Below, one piece after another: positions 31,381-40,891 of a DNA stretch of 64,000 bases (positions are counted from its first letter, which is position 1; each line of letters begins with the position of its first letter). The notes beneath the pieces were generated by a model. It was not told the origin of the DNA and searched no databases. It saw only the letters and a program-made list of their open reading frames with translations. Source of the stretch: an uncultured Acidobacteriota bacterium (GTDB taxonomy: Bacteria > Acidobacteriota > UBA6911); NCBI GenBank assembly GCA_963843575.1, contig CAWJKZ010000023.1, forward strand, positions 1 through 64,000. Direction: 5' to 3'. Made by a program: the position numbers and the translations under genes.

Positions 31381-32568
31381 TCACCCGGCCACGCCTGTCG
31401 ACCGCAGCGCCTGTACCCTCGGGACGCGGCTCTTGGGCGTGTCGAGGCTGAAGGCGCGGGCGTCGCCGAGTTCCGAACGGACGTACTCCTCCGTGTGCGC
31501 CACGGCCCGCTCGAGTGCCTTGCTCTTCGGCACCCACGCGGTCCAGGCGATCGAGTCCGATTCGGGGTCGAACTCCCAGAGGCCCACGACCCGCCCTCGG
31601 TCGAGTATGGCGTGGCTTGGCAGATCGGCGATGGGGTTGCCGCCTTTCGACAGGAATGGGTTTCCCACATCGGCAGCGGCAAGCAGCGATTTGACGTCGC
31701 GCCGGAGCTGGATGATCCCGTCCAAGCTGCTCACCAGCACGTACCGACTGCCGGAAGGCGGACGGAAGGCATCGAACGCTGCGCGCTCGTCGGGCAGCAT
31801 CAGCCTGTCGTCACCCGGTTGCAGCGCCTGCAGTCGCAGCGGTTCGACGGCCGCTCGCGCCGCCTTGTTGCCGAGGCCCGAGAACCACTGGAACTCCGAC
31901 AGGCGCGCCGGCCCGGCCCAGCGGAAGTACCGGCGCGCCAGCTCGGAAAACGTTTCCTCGGCGGACAGCCTGAAGGCGGCAAGCGGGTTCGGGCGCCACA
32001 CGGCATACCGGTAGCGCTGCTGGTCGAGACGCCCGTTGACCGGGATGCGGCGGATTTCCCCGGCCGACTGCAGCTTGCCGAGCGCCAGCGGCAGCGTGGT
32101 GGTTAGCCCTTTCTTCCTCCCTTCCTCTCCGAGGCTTCTTGCGGCGCCGGCTGTGACCTGCCGCAGTGCTTCCGGCTCAAGCGGCTCCTTCTCAAGAGCG
32201 GCCACGATCCGATCCGAGAGCATGTCGATTTCCGCGTCGGTGACTCCGATCTTGCGGGCGATCTTCATGTCCGGCTCGTCGGCAAAACCCTGCCCGGTCT
32301 TGAGGCCGAGCGCGAAGTCCGATGCAGGCAGGACATACGTGCAGCCGCGCGCGCTCGGGAGTTCGTGAATCTGCACGCTCGCGAGCGCCTCGTCCGCAGC
32401 GGCCCGCGTGCAACCCGCGCGGGCAAACAGCGTCAGGTACGGGCCGACACCCCCGACCGACCTGGCCCACCCCGTCCGTTGCAGCACCTCGGCCGGCGTG
32501 CACCCTTGCATACTTCCGTCCAGCCCCTGCCGGTGACTCCACCAAGCCTGAATCGTCGTTTCTTGCAT
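31381..32568 (-). CDS. HTH_42 winged-helix protein (AlkZ/YcaQ-like DNA crosslink glycosylase family)
   Basis: RQGL, PYLTLFAR, RGCTYVLPASD, ELARRYFRWAGPA...FQWFSGL and ILDRGRVVGLW. Confidence 0.8.
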   Translation of the reverse strand: MQETTIQAWWSHRQGLDGSMQGCTPAEVLQRTGWARSVGGVGPYLTLFARAGCTRAAADEALASVQIHELPSARGCTYVLPASDFALGLKTGQGFADEPDMKIARKIGVTDAEIDMLSDRIVAALEKEPLEPEALRQVTAGAARSLGEEGRKKGLTTTLPLALGKLQSAGEIRRIPVNGRLDQQRYRYAVWRPNPLAAFRLSAEETFSELARRYFRWAGPARLSEFQWFSGLGNKAARAAVEPLRLQALQPGDDRLMLPDERAAFDAFRPPSGSRYVLVSSLDGIIQLRRDVKSLLAAADVGNPFLSKGGNPIADLPSHAILDRGRVVGLWEFDPESDSIAWTAWVPKSKALERAVAHTEEYVRSELGDARAFSLDTPKSRVPRVQALRSTGVAG

Positions 32569-32617
32569 GTCCGTGATTCTATCAACCGGACGGTTGCGCG
32601 TCACCTCTCCAGGCAAC

Positions 32618-32653
32618 ATCCGCGTGAATCAGCGCAAATCCGCGTCCTGGAAT
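32618..32653 (+). repeat. ATCCGCG-core short tandem repeat (REP-like)
   Basis: atccgcgtga-atcagcgcaa-atccgcgtcc-tggaat. Confidence 0.65.
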
Positions 32654-32686
32654 CTACAGTAACCAACGAATGGGACACCATCCTCC

Positions 32687-33460
32687 TCATACCAGTGGTC
32701 CCTGAATGCCGAGTTTTTCAGCCAGCGCCTCGCGGTATCGGCGGCTGAGCGGCAGGACTTGACCACTCTGCAGGATGAGCTTGTAGTCGCCGTGCCAGTG
32801 CGGTCTCAGCTCACGGATGCGGTCGAGGTTCACCACCGCAGAGCGATGGATACGTGCGAAACGTCCGGGATCGAGACCCGATTCGAGATGCGTCAGGCTG
32901 TCCCGGACTATGTGACTCTGTTTTCCGGCGTGCACACAGACATAGTTGCCCGCCGCCTCCAGCCAGTCCACTTCCGCCGTATTGAGCAGGAGCACCCGTT
33001 CACCCGTCTTGACGACCAGCCTCTGGAGGTACGTCGGCTCCGCGCCGAACCGGCTCGCCAGCCGCCGGATCTGCTCGCTGATCTCGTCGGAGCCGTGCTC
33101 CCCGAGGCGGCGGCGGACCCTCTGCAAAGTCTCCTGGAATCGCAGTGGATCGAATGGCTTGAGCAGATAGTCCAGGGCCTCGGCTTCAAAGGCCTGAAGT
33201 GCGTAGGAATCGTAAGCCGTCACAAAAACCAGGGCCGGCAGGCGGCACGGGCCAATCGCCCGGATCACCTCAATGCCGTTCATCTCCGGCATCTGGATAT
33301 CCAGGAAGACCAGGTCCGGGTTCAGGTCATTGATCGCAGACACGGCCGCCCGCCCATCCGCGCACTCGCCGACCACGGTCACGTCCGATTCCCCCCGGAG
33401 CATGCGCCGGATGCGCTTGCGAGCGAGAGGTTCGTCGTCCACGATCAGCGCGCGGTACAC
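32687..33460 (-). CDS. LytTR-family response regulator
   Basis: IVDDEPLAR, FLDIQMP, VTAY, DYLLKP (REC) and FARIHRSAVVN, LSRRY (LytTR). Confidence 0.95.
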   Translation of the reverse strand: MYRALIVDDEPLARKRIRRMLRGESDVTVVGECADGRAAVSAINDLNPDLVFLDIQMPEMNGIEVIRAIGPCRLPALVFVTAYDSYALQAFEAEALDYLLKPFDPLRFQETLQRVRRRLGEHGSDEISEQIRRLASRFGAEPTYLQRLVVKTGERVLLLNTAEVDWLEAAGNYVCVHAGKQSHIVRDSLTHLESGLDPGRFARIHRSAVVNLDRIRELRPHWHGDYKLILQSGQVLPLSRRYREALAEKLGIQGPLV

Positions 33461-33605
33461 GCGGCGGTCCTCCTTTGTTCACCATCCTATCCGATAATTG
33501 CCGCAAGGCCGACAACAAGTCGAAGTCCCCCGAGTTCCATGCCGGAAGCGGGGTTCGGGTTCAGCACCGTATCTGACCAGCAGAACCGGAAGGACAGTGC
33601 AGACC

Positions 33606-34751
33606 TCAACACGGAAGGTCAGGATCGTCGCCGCGTGGTGCGGGGATAGCGAGGCGGACTCTCCACCCGCCTTCGGGAGTTGCGCCATATTCCAGGCTGT
33701 AGTCTTCGCCGTAAAGTGATTTCAAGCGGTCGCGTGTGTTGCGCAGCCCCAGCCCTTCCGATGTCATCCCCGCTAGGCCCGCGGGACAGTCGTTGCAGAT
33801 CTCCAACTCGAGGTGTTCCGCATTCCGGCGGGTTACGATCCGCACCCGGCCCTGCCGGCTCAGCCGCGAGATGCCGTGGCGCACCGCATTCTCCGCCAGC
33901 GGCTGGAGAATCAGGACCGGCACCAGGCACGATCGCGTATCCGGTGCAATCTCGAAGTCCACGAGTATCCGGTCCTGGAACCGTATTTTCTCGATTTCCA
34001 GATAGAGCTCGAGAGTCTCCAGCTCCTTCCCGAGCGGCACAAGCGCCGCGTCCCGCCGGTCGAGAGAAAGCCGCAGGAGTTCGCTCAGCCGCGCGACCAT
34101 GCGCTCCGCTGCTGCGACGTCTTCGTACATGAGTTCCGATATGGAGTTCAGCGTGTTGAACAAAAAGTGAGGGTGCAGCTGCATGGTCAAAAGGTGGAGC
34201 CGTGCCTGCGCCAAACCAGACTCCAGCTGAATGCGATCGAGTTCGCTCTTGCGCAGCAGCTGGTAGTTCTGGCGTGCGGACACAAAACCCACCACGCACG
34301 CGTAGAAGAACATGAGTGACGTGAAATAGTAGGTCAGGACCTGCCACCAGACATGCCAAAACGGCACATCGGGCCGCCCTTCGATAAACGCGAAACCGTA
34401 CCGAAAGTGAAACGAGTAATAAGGTCCGAACACCACACCGATGAGGCGGTCCAGCATCGTGTAGAGCGCGGGGTGGATCATGCACACCAGGACTCCGCCG
34501 AGAACGATCGGAAGCGCGTGTCTCCACCACCGCTCACGTGCCAGCGGATAACGCCGTGCGAACCAGACGATGAGCGGGATCAGAATCCCGAAACAGGTCG
34601 CGGATGCCAGTTGAGCGAGAAACAGGTGGGCCCTGGTCGTGCCCGGCTGCCAGTTCCTCATCATCAGCACATGAATGAACTCGCCTAGTGCCATGAGGGC
34701 GATGGCTGCCAGGACGAGCAAGGCATTGTAACCAGCGCGCCTCAGGTTCAT
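33606..34751 (-). CDS. LytS/YehU-family sensor histidine kinase
   Basis: Four TM segments, QLHPHFLFNTLN, ILQPLAENAVRHG and GLGLRNTRDRL. Confidence 0.95.
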   Translation of the reverse strand: MNLRRAGYNALLVLAAIALMALGEFIHVLMMRNWQPGTTRAHLFLAQLASATCFGILIPLIVWFARRYPLARERWWRHALPIVLGGVLVCMIHPALYTMLDRLIGVVFGPYYSFHFRYGFAFIEGRPDVPFWHVWWQVLTYYFTSLMFFYACVVGFVSARQNYQLLRKSELDRIQLESGLAQARLHLLTMQLHPHFLFNTLNSISELMYEDVAAAERMVARLSELLRLSLDRRDAALVPLGKELETLELYLEIEKIRFQDRILVDFEIAPDTRSCLVPVLILQPLAENAVRHGISRLSRQGRVRIVTRRNAEHLELEICNDCPAGLAGMTSEGLGLRNTRDRLKSLYGEDYSLEYGATPEGGWRVRLAIPAPRGDDPDLPC

Positions 34752-34778
34752 GCGGCCTCCCTTTGAACGCTGTCCGTT

Positions 34779-35391
34779 TCAGCTGGCTCGGTACGCACCC
34801 TGGTTGAACGCCATCCGGTGTCGCACGAGGCGGGCCAACTCTATTCTGCCGCGATGCACCCGGGATTTTACAGTGCCCACCGGTGTATTCAGCAATAGTG
34901 CGATCTCGTCGTAGTGCAGGCCCTCGACGTCGCGCAGGACGACCGCTTCCCGCAGCTCCGTGCAAAGCAGCAGGAGTCCCGCGCGCAGCGCAGCTATCCT
35001 CTCCTGTTTCTCGATACCGGAATCGGGATGGATTCGAATCGAAGGCTCCGGACAGGTGCCGCCTTGCGCGCCTTCGCTTTGAGTGAAAGAGAGGGCCTTG
35101 TTTCGCTCCCGGGATTCTCTGCGATAAGTGTCGATCAGCATGTTGCGGGTGATCCTGCTCACCCACGCGCGAAAACCGCCCCTTTCGTCTCGAAAAGAGT
35201 GGAGTGTCTGAAACACTCTGATGAAGACTTCCTGGGTCACGTCCTCGGCCTTTTCACGCGAGCCCACCCAACGGGAGCAGGTGCGGAGAATCCAACCGAC
35301 ATTGCCCTGGACCAGGCGCTCCCAGGCTACGGCATCGCCCAGCTGAGCGCTTCGAATCGTCTCGCGCTCGCACCCGAAACCGTCTTCCCAT
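34779..35391 (-). CDS. ECF RNA polymerase sigma factor (start uncertain; possible 1-nt frameshift at ATG 35391)
   Basis: AEDVTQEVFIRVF, FRAWVSRITRNMLID and LRDVEGLHYDEIA...PVGTVKSRVHRGR; upstream of about 35390 the ORF looks non-coding. Confidence 0.88.
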
Positions 35392-35754
35392 TGTCGACGG
35401 GTCCGGGGCGTGGCGTCCGTGTTCGGGATTGCCTTCGATCGGGGCGCCTCAACCCTGTGGGGCTTTGCAGTCCCGGTCTTGATGAGGCAGGGGGGCCGCG
35501 GAATCGTGGCACAGGAGGCAGGTTGCAGGCTCTCGATGGTATCCATAATCTGGTTCCACCTTAGGCGGATCCAGTTTCTGCTCCAACCGGATTGTGACGA
35601 AAGGTGGTCCGGGCGTGACGAGCGGGTTCCCGGCAGGGCCATCCGGACGCCTGGTCTGCGGCGTGTTGCCTGCACCCGGCGCTATCGCCATTGAAGCGCC
35701 AGGGGAGTCTCCGCACCGGTCGCGGGCAGACCGCGGACTTTGAATACGACAGCG

Positions 35755-35920
35755 TTATTTCGGACGCGGATGTACGCAGATGCTCGCAGATCACGAAGGC
35801 ATTGTTGACCGGCCGCGCCCGGCGGTCCGTGTGAACCCGTGACTGTCAACGATAAACCTAGTTGTTTCCCCCGGCCGCGGGGCCTTTCTTTACCCGCGTC
35901 CATCCGCGTCCGAAAAAACA
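35755..35920. repeat. Inverted pair of ATCCGCG-core repeat clusters
   Basis: tttcggacgcggatgtacgcagatgctcgcagat (35758-35791) is inverted relative to acccgcgtccatccgcgtccgaaaa (35892-35916). Confidence 0.6.
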
Positions 35921-35985
35921 ATTTCGTATTTATGTCATTGACCACTTAGAATCCAGGGGACGACCTCAATTGGAGCGAGAGGCTT

Positions 35986-37938
35986 ATGCGCAGGAAACTC
36001 ATGGTCTTGGTGTCCGTCTGTCTGCTGAGCGTTTCTGCTGTTACTTGCAGGCGCGAAACCGCTCCTCAGCCCGATGGGGCGGTGCCGGGGGCCGATATGG
36101 CCCAAGAACGGGAGGCTCTTCCTTACCGGGTTCTTGTTGTCATCGGTGACCAGTGGAAGGATCCTGGCAGCTACACGATAAGCATGCGTACCGGGGCGCC
36201 GGAGTTTTGTGACGTCGTCAACATGCTCAAAGTGTGGGGCGTCCCTTTCGACATCCTGCGGCTCGATCAGCAGCGTCTGCAGATAAACAGGTTTCTCGAT
36301 GGGATCGCGAAACCACGGTACAGTTGCATCATATGGCTTGCCGATCCGAACAAGCTCAGCGGTATGTCGGCCCATTACGATACCGTGCGCCGCGCCATCG
36401 AAGAGTATCACATGAGCTTCATAGCGCTCTTCGACTTCATCAATGCTCCTGAAATAGCAAACCTGGTGGGCGTGAATCTCCAGGGTGCTGAATCCCCTTC
36501 AAATACGGCTCAGCGGCCGGCCTTCACGATCGCAAAAGAGCATTTCCTGACCGAAGGACTGGTCGGGACCGTGTTCTCTGACGAAAATGCGGCAGTCGTC
36601 AAGGGCAGCCTGCTGGACGGCGCCACTGCGCTGGCGAGCTTCGGGCCGTATTCGCAGCTTGTGACGAGGGACATCGGGGACCACACGAAAACGGTGTGGA
36701 TAGGCGGCGGGCACGAATGGTTCAGGAAGTATCCCGCGATGAGACAGATGTTCAGGCGGGCGCTTGTTTACACCATGGGATATGGACTGTTCAACGACAA
36801 CTTCGAAAACGCCGTGATGCTCGTGATGGATGACATAGGCGCATCCGAGCACGCCTACAGCCTCCAATGGCATTACCCGACACCCAGCAAGGAAGTGCTG
36901 TTAAAGAGCCTGATAGAGCCGCTCGACAAGTACGGCTTCGTGATGGTGCAGAATGTCACCCCCGGATATGCCAATCCCCAGACGAGAATGATCGAATCGC
37001 CGTGGGAAAGGGAAAAGTTCACGGACCCGTTCGGAAACGTGCAGGACTACGCCTCCACGAAGGAGGGTCTGGACGAGGGGGTGCGCAGGGGCGTCTTTGA
37101 GATACAGCCGCATCGCGCGTGGACGCACGTGACCTGGGATCTTGACTCACCTCCGGGACCTTACTGGGATGGAGGAGTGGAGGGCATAATGGCCCATCCC
37201 GACTGGTACCAGGAGACCTTGGATCAGATACGGAAGCAGGCGGTGCCCTCGAACGATATGCTGTTCATCTATAAAACCGGAAGAGACGCAGTCGAAAAGC
37301 AGTTCGGGGTGACGCCGCTGGCGACGACGGTCAGGCCGGAAGATCAATGGTATGGCGACGGATACGGGCGGCTGGCTGCGGTTGCGGGATACGGGGTGGG
37401 GAGACGTCAATACATAGGAAATGATTACCTGATTCAATTTAACATGATGCAGCCGGAGCTGCTCGGGTGCCACGACATAGACCTCGTGCCCAAAACGGAT
37501 TCGGAGATCATAGCGGCGGTCCGGGAACCCTGGCCCTGGACGAATGAGCTGAGGGCCAAGTTGAAGGCGGCGAGAATCGTCGGAACGAAGAATGCGGGGC
37601 TGGATTTCGGCAAAACCGACTGGATCGAATCGAGGAAAAACAAGAAGTGGATGGGATACAACGAGCTTTGCGCATACCTGCACAGCGACATCGAGACGAA
37701 GCCGAAAGAGCGGCTGACGTTACTGCTCAATTACGACCAGCACTACTGCAGACATTTCGAGAAGAAAACATCGGCGTGGACGCTGGAGTTATCCGACGGC
37801 TTCAGGAAAACCCTCGGAGCCGGGGGATCGATCCACATCGACGGCAGATCGACCGGGATTACCCCGCGATCCAGGCAGGTGCTCGAGATCCCGGCCGGCC
37901 TTGGCACCAGGACGGTCGAAATCAGAAGCGGGCAGTGA
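35986..37938 (+). CDS. Hypothetical lipoprotein with a polysaccharide-deacetylase-like central barrel
   Basis: Lipobox-like SAVTC; VMLVMDD, EIQPH..WTH and LGCHD motifs reminiscent of the CE4/DUF2334 fold. Confidence 0.65.
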   Translation: MRRKLMVLVSVCLLSVSAVTCRRETAPQPDGAVPGADMAQEREALPYRVLVVIGDQWKDPGSYTISMRTGAPEFCDVVNMLKVWGVPFDILRLDQQRLQINRFLDGIAKPRYSCIIWLADPNKLSGMSAHYDTVRRAIEEYHMSFIALFDFINAPEIANLVGVNLQGAESPSNTAQRPAFTIAKEHFLTEGLVGTVFSDENAAVVKGSLLDGATALASFGPYSQLVTRDIGDHTKTVWIGGGHEWFRKYPAMRQMFRRALVYTMGYGLFNDNFENAVMLVMDDIGASEHAYSLQWHYPTPSKEVLLKSLIEPLDKYGFVMVQNVTPGYANPQTRMIESPWEREKFTDPFGNVQDYASTKEGLDEGVRRGVFEIQPHRAWTHVTWDLDSPPGPYWDGGVEGIMAHPDWYQETLDQIRKQAVPSNDMLFIYKTGRDAVEKQFGVTPLATTVRPEDQWYGDGYGRLAAVAGYGVGRRQYIGNDYLIQFNMMQPELLGCHDIDLVPKTDSEIIAAVREPWPWTNELRAKLKAARIVGTKNAGLDFGKTDWIESRKNKKWMGYNELCAYLHSDIETKPKERLTLLLNYDQHYCRHFEKKTSAWTLELSDGFRKTLGAGGSIHIDGRSTGITPRSRQVLEIPAGLGTRTVEIRSGQ

Positions 37939-38010
37939 ATCTACATGCGCCCCGTCCTGTGTAGATCCGCGGAAATCCGCGTCCCGCTTTTGTCTTCGCC
38001 CCCCCGCCGC

Positions 38011-39138
38011 TCAGGGATGCACCTTTGCGTTGGAGTCATTCGTGTCGCGGTTGTCGGAAACATATCCGGCAGGCGCCGCACAGGCCTGGTAGGGTCTGGT
38101 CAGATCGCCGAAACCATCGCCGTCCTCATCCTTGAAGAAGGTCTTGACGCTGCAGTCTCCAGCCTTTATCGTCTGGTCCAAAGCCCTCAGCAAAGACAGA
38201 TCGCCGCTGGCATCAGAGGCGATTTCCCATATCATCACCCCGCCCAGTTTTTGTTTGGCGAGCTCCGTCTTCCTCACAATGGTCGGTATCCCGTTATAGA
38301 ACCTCATGCCGGCGGCATCCTGGTAGGATAGATCCGGTTTGCCCTCTATAATCTCGCGGAAATCGATATATCGGGCCGGCGGGGTGAAATCGAAGCCGTA
38401 AAACGGCACACCGAGAACGATGCGATCGGCCGGCAGTTTGCATTTCTCGGTCCAGAAGACAATGGCTTCCTCCGCATATGAATAGGGTGAGTGAGGCCCG
38501 ATCTCGTTTGGGCTCCATATCCCGGTCTTGTCGTACACCATCACATTGATGAAATCATAGGAATCGATGGCTTCCTGGGTGATTGATTCGTGCAGGTGTG
38601 TTGCTCCGAGGGCGGCGGTAATTCCCTTCCCCTTTGCATGCAGGGCTTTTTTCAGCTCGACCACGAAAGGATTGTACAGTTCGCGAATCGTAGGCAGGAG
38701 GTTGCCCTCGATGTCTACATCCACCCCATCGAGATGGTTTTGTTCGACATAGTCGGCAACGTGTTTTACGAATGCCTGTCTGTTTTGCGGCTGCAGGACG
38801 GATTGCCAGATCGCGGTGTCCGGGCGGCCGCCTCCGGCAAGCGACACAAACACTTTCAGCCCGGCATCATGCCCCTTCTTGACGACGGGAGCGATGTCAG
38901 AGTGTCTGTCAAAAGCGAGATTCCCCTCTTTGTCCGGGTTGGCAAAGGCGAGGTTCAGGTATGTGAGCCTGTTCAGCTCCAGGTCGTCGACGCGGTTGAA
39001 ATTTCCACCGCCCAGATAGCCGACGACCTTGAAGGTAGTGTCCTTGGTGTATACGTCAGGCCCGTAACCGACCTGTTTTGGCTGGCAGGAAGCGGATAGA
39101 AAGAGGAGTGCAACCAGGGGCAGGCGTAATATTCTCAT
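38011..39138 (-). CDS. GH18 (chitinase-like) lipoprotein with C-terminal MopE-like metal-binding repeat
   Basis: LSASC lipobox, SLAGG, DGVDVDIE catalytic motif, MVYD, LGVPFYG and GGVMIWE; tail FFKDEDGDGFGD....QAC..PAGYV....D.ND....HP. Confidence 0.9.
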   Translation of the reverse strand: MRILRLPLVALLFLSASCQPKQVGYGPDVYTKDTTFKVVGYLGGGNFNRVDDLELNRLTYLNLAFANPDKEGNLAFDRHSDIAPVVKKGHDAGLKVFVSLAGGGRPDTAIWQSVLQPQNRQAFVKHVADYVEQNHLDGVDVDIEGNLLPTIRELYNPFVVELKKALHAKGKGITAALGATHLHESITQEAIDSYDFINVMVYDKTGIWSPNEIGPHSPYSYAEEAIVFWTEKCKLPADRIVLGVPFYGFDFTPPARYIDFREIIEGKPDLSYQDAAGMRFYNGIPTIVRKTELAKQKLGGVMIWEIASDASGDLSLLRALDQTIKAGDCSVKTFFKDEDGDGFGDLTRPYQACAAPAGYVSDNRDTNDSNAKVHP

Positions 39139-39177
39139 GGGATAGATCTCCTCGGTACTCGTGTTCATAAATGCGCT

Positions 39178-39212
39178 TTTCCGGAACGCGGATTTGCGCG
39201 GATGAACGCGGC
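39178..39212 (-). repeat. ATCCGCG-core short tandem repeat (REP-like)
   Basis: ggaacgcggat-ttgcgcggat-gaacgcgg; inverted relative to the copy at 37963-37984 on the other side of the GH18 gene. Confidence 0.6.
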
Positions 39213-39240
39213 TATTGACTTGGTGACAAGCCGCGCCCGG

Positions 39241-40863
39241 CTATTTTGCTGCCGCCAGCGCGACATCGCCCTGGGTCTTGGCCGGAGTGAATATCCCGAT
39301 CACCCCGCGAAGCCCGACGGTCATCACGATGTTTCCGAAGAACGAGAGGAAACCGACGAGCAGGAGGCAACCCGACAGCCCGGCGAGGATCATGTAGACG
39401 TTGAACTCGCCGTTGACGTAAAGCGATCGTCGGAGCATCCCGTTCAGCCCGGCCATGCCCATGAACGCGCCCATCCCTATGCCGCCGACAAGATGCGACC
39501 AGAAGTGAAATGTCGCGAGTTTCTGGCTGTAGAGCTTGGCATTGTTGGTCAGGATCGGGAAAAGCACATAGAAAGCCGAGTACAGGGTCATCGTCAAACC
39601 GACCAGCACGGCCACGTGGACGTGGGGTCCGACGATCCACTGGGTGTTGTGGAGGATGCGATTCAATCCTACGTCCGCCTGCATAATGCCGGCCGGAACG
39701 GCGAGGGCGAATCCGAGGAGGCCGCCGAGGAGAAAGCGCAGTTCGTTCGTCATTTTCAAAGGGCGGGCGCTCCAGAGCGTCGCCAGGGTGATGAAGAAGG
39801 CGAGCCCCTGGGTGATCAGTTCGAATGCCGTGACCATCTCGCCCGACACCACCTTGAGAATCGCCGGCTGGGCCTGATCCGAAAGGAGGTGATGCGACCA
39901 GACGGTCCAGGACACGACCATTTCGACGAAAAGAGCCGCGCGTGCGATATTCTGCATGAAGAGATTCTTGCCGGTGATCATGGTGGCGAGCAGATACCAC
40001 GCACCGGCGACGAAGATCAGCACCAGCCCGTCGGCGATCAGGTCAAGACCCCACCAGAACCAGTTCTTGTAGAGCAGGGCGTCGACGGCCGTCCGGCGCA
40101 GGTCGTAACCGAGAAGGGATCCGATCATGTAGACGAGTATCAGGACTCCGGTGAACAGGATGATGCCCGAATTGAGGGCCATGTCCACCGTGCCCCGGGC
40201 GATGGCGGCGGCGGGAAGCGGCACGAGGTGTTCCTTCTTTTGTTTCGCAAAGAGGTTTGTCAATCCCGTCCATCCGATCGCCGAGGCGAGGAGGCTGCCC
40301 GACGGCTGCTTTTCGAATCCTGCGGGCGTGTAAGCGATCGTCGCGAAGACGTTGATGATGAAAAACACCGTGCCGACCATCACCAGCGCGATGCCCACGA
40401 TGAATATCGTCCCACCCCAGACGCTGAATTGGCTGAAATCGGCGGGCAACGGCCAGTAGAGCGTGTAGAGCGGGGCATAGTGTGAAACAAAACCGGCTCC
40501 CCAGAAGACGAAGGTCCCGACGCCGACCAGCGCCATGGTCCAGACCGCGAGCTTGTGGCTCCAGAGCGGTTTCTTCATGAGGAATGGAACCAGGAACAGG
40601 AAGGCCCCGAACACGATCGAATAGGTGGACCCGAAGATTCCGATCAGCGGATGAGCGGTCAGGATAGCGAAGAACTGATTCTTGTCGATGATCGGGATCG
40701 GCTTGATCTCGTAGACCCTCATGATCATGCCCTCGAAAACGGCGAAGCCGTAGTAGATCAGCCCGATCACAACAAACCTGAGAGTGTTCTTCTGCATCGG
40801 CGTCAGGGTGTCCGGTTTAAAGGAGGCCTGTTCGCCTGCGAGCAAGGTATCGATGAATGCCAT
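39241..40863 (-). CDS. Heme-copper oxidoreductase subunit I, B-family-derived, gNOR-like putative nitric oxide reductase
   Basis: Polytopic membrane protein; TAHP, TLYWPL, WSHHL and HNTQWIVGPHVH retained, but helix VI reads FWWGLDLIAD instead of FW..GHP.VY. Confidence 0.85.
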   Translation of the reverse strand: MAFIDTLLAGEQASFKPDTLTPMQKNTLRFVVIGLIYYGFAVFEGMIMRVYEIKPIPIIDKNQFFAILTAHPLIGIFGSTYSIVFGAFLFLVPFLMKKPLWSHKLAVWTMALVGVGTFVFWGAGFVSHYAPLYTLYWPLPADFSQFSVWGGTIFIVGIALVMVGTVFFIINVFATIAYTPAGFEKQPSGSLLASAIGWTGLTNLFAKQKKEHLVPLPAAAIARGTVDMALNSGIILFTGVLILVYMIGSLLGYDLRRTAVDALLYKNWFWWGLDLIADGLVLIFVAGAWYLLATMITGKNLFMQNIARAALFVEMVVSWTVWSHHLLSDQAQPAILKVVSGEMVTAFELITQGLAFFITLATLWSARPLKMTNELRFLLGGLLGFALAVPAGIMQADVGLNRILHNTQWIVGPHVHVAVLVGLTMTLYSAFYVLFPILTNNAKLYSQKLATFHFWSHLVGGIGMGAFMGMAGLNGMLRRSLYVNGEFNVYMILAGLSGCLLLVGFLSFFGNIVMTVGLRGVIGIFTPAKTQGDVALAAAK

Positions 40864-40891
40864 GTTTCTGTCCTCGATCTGAACGTGCGCG

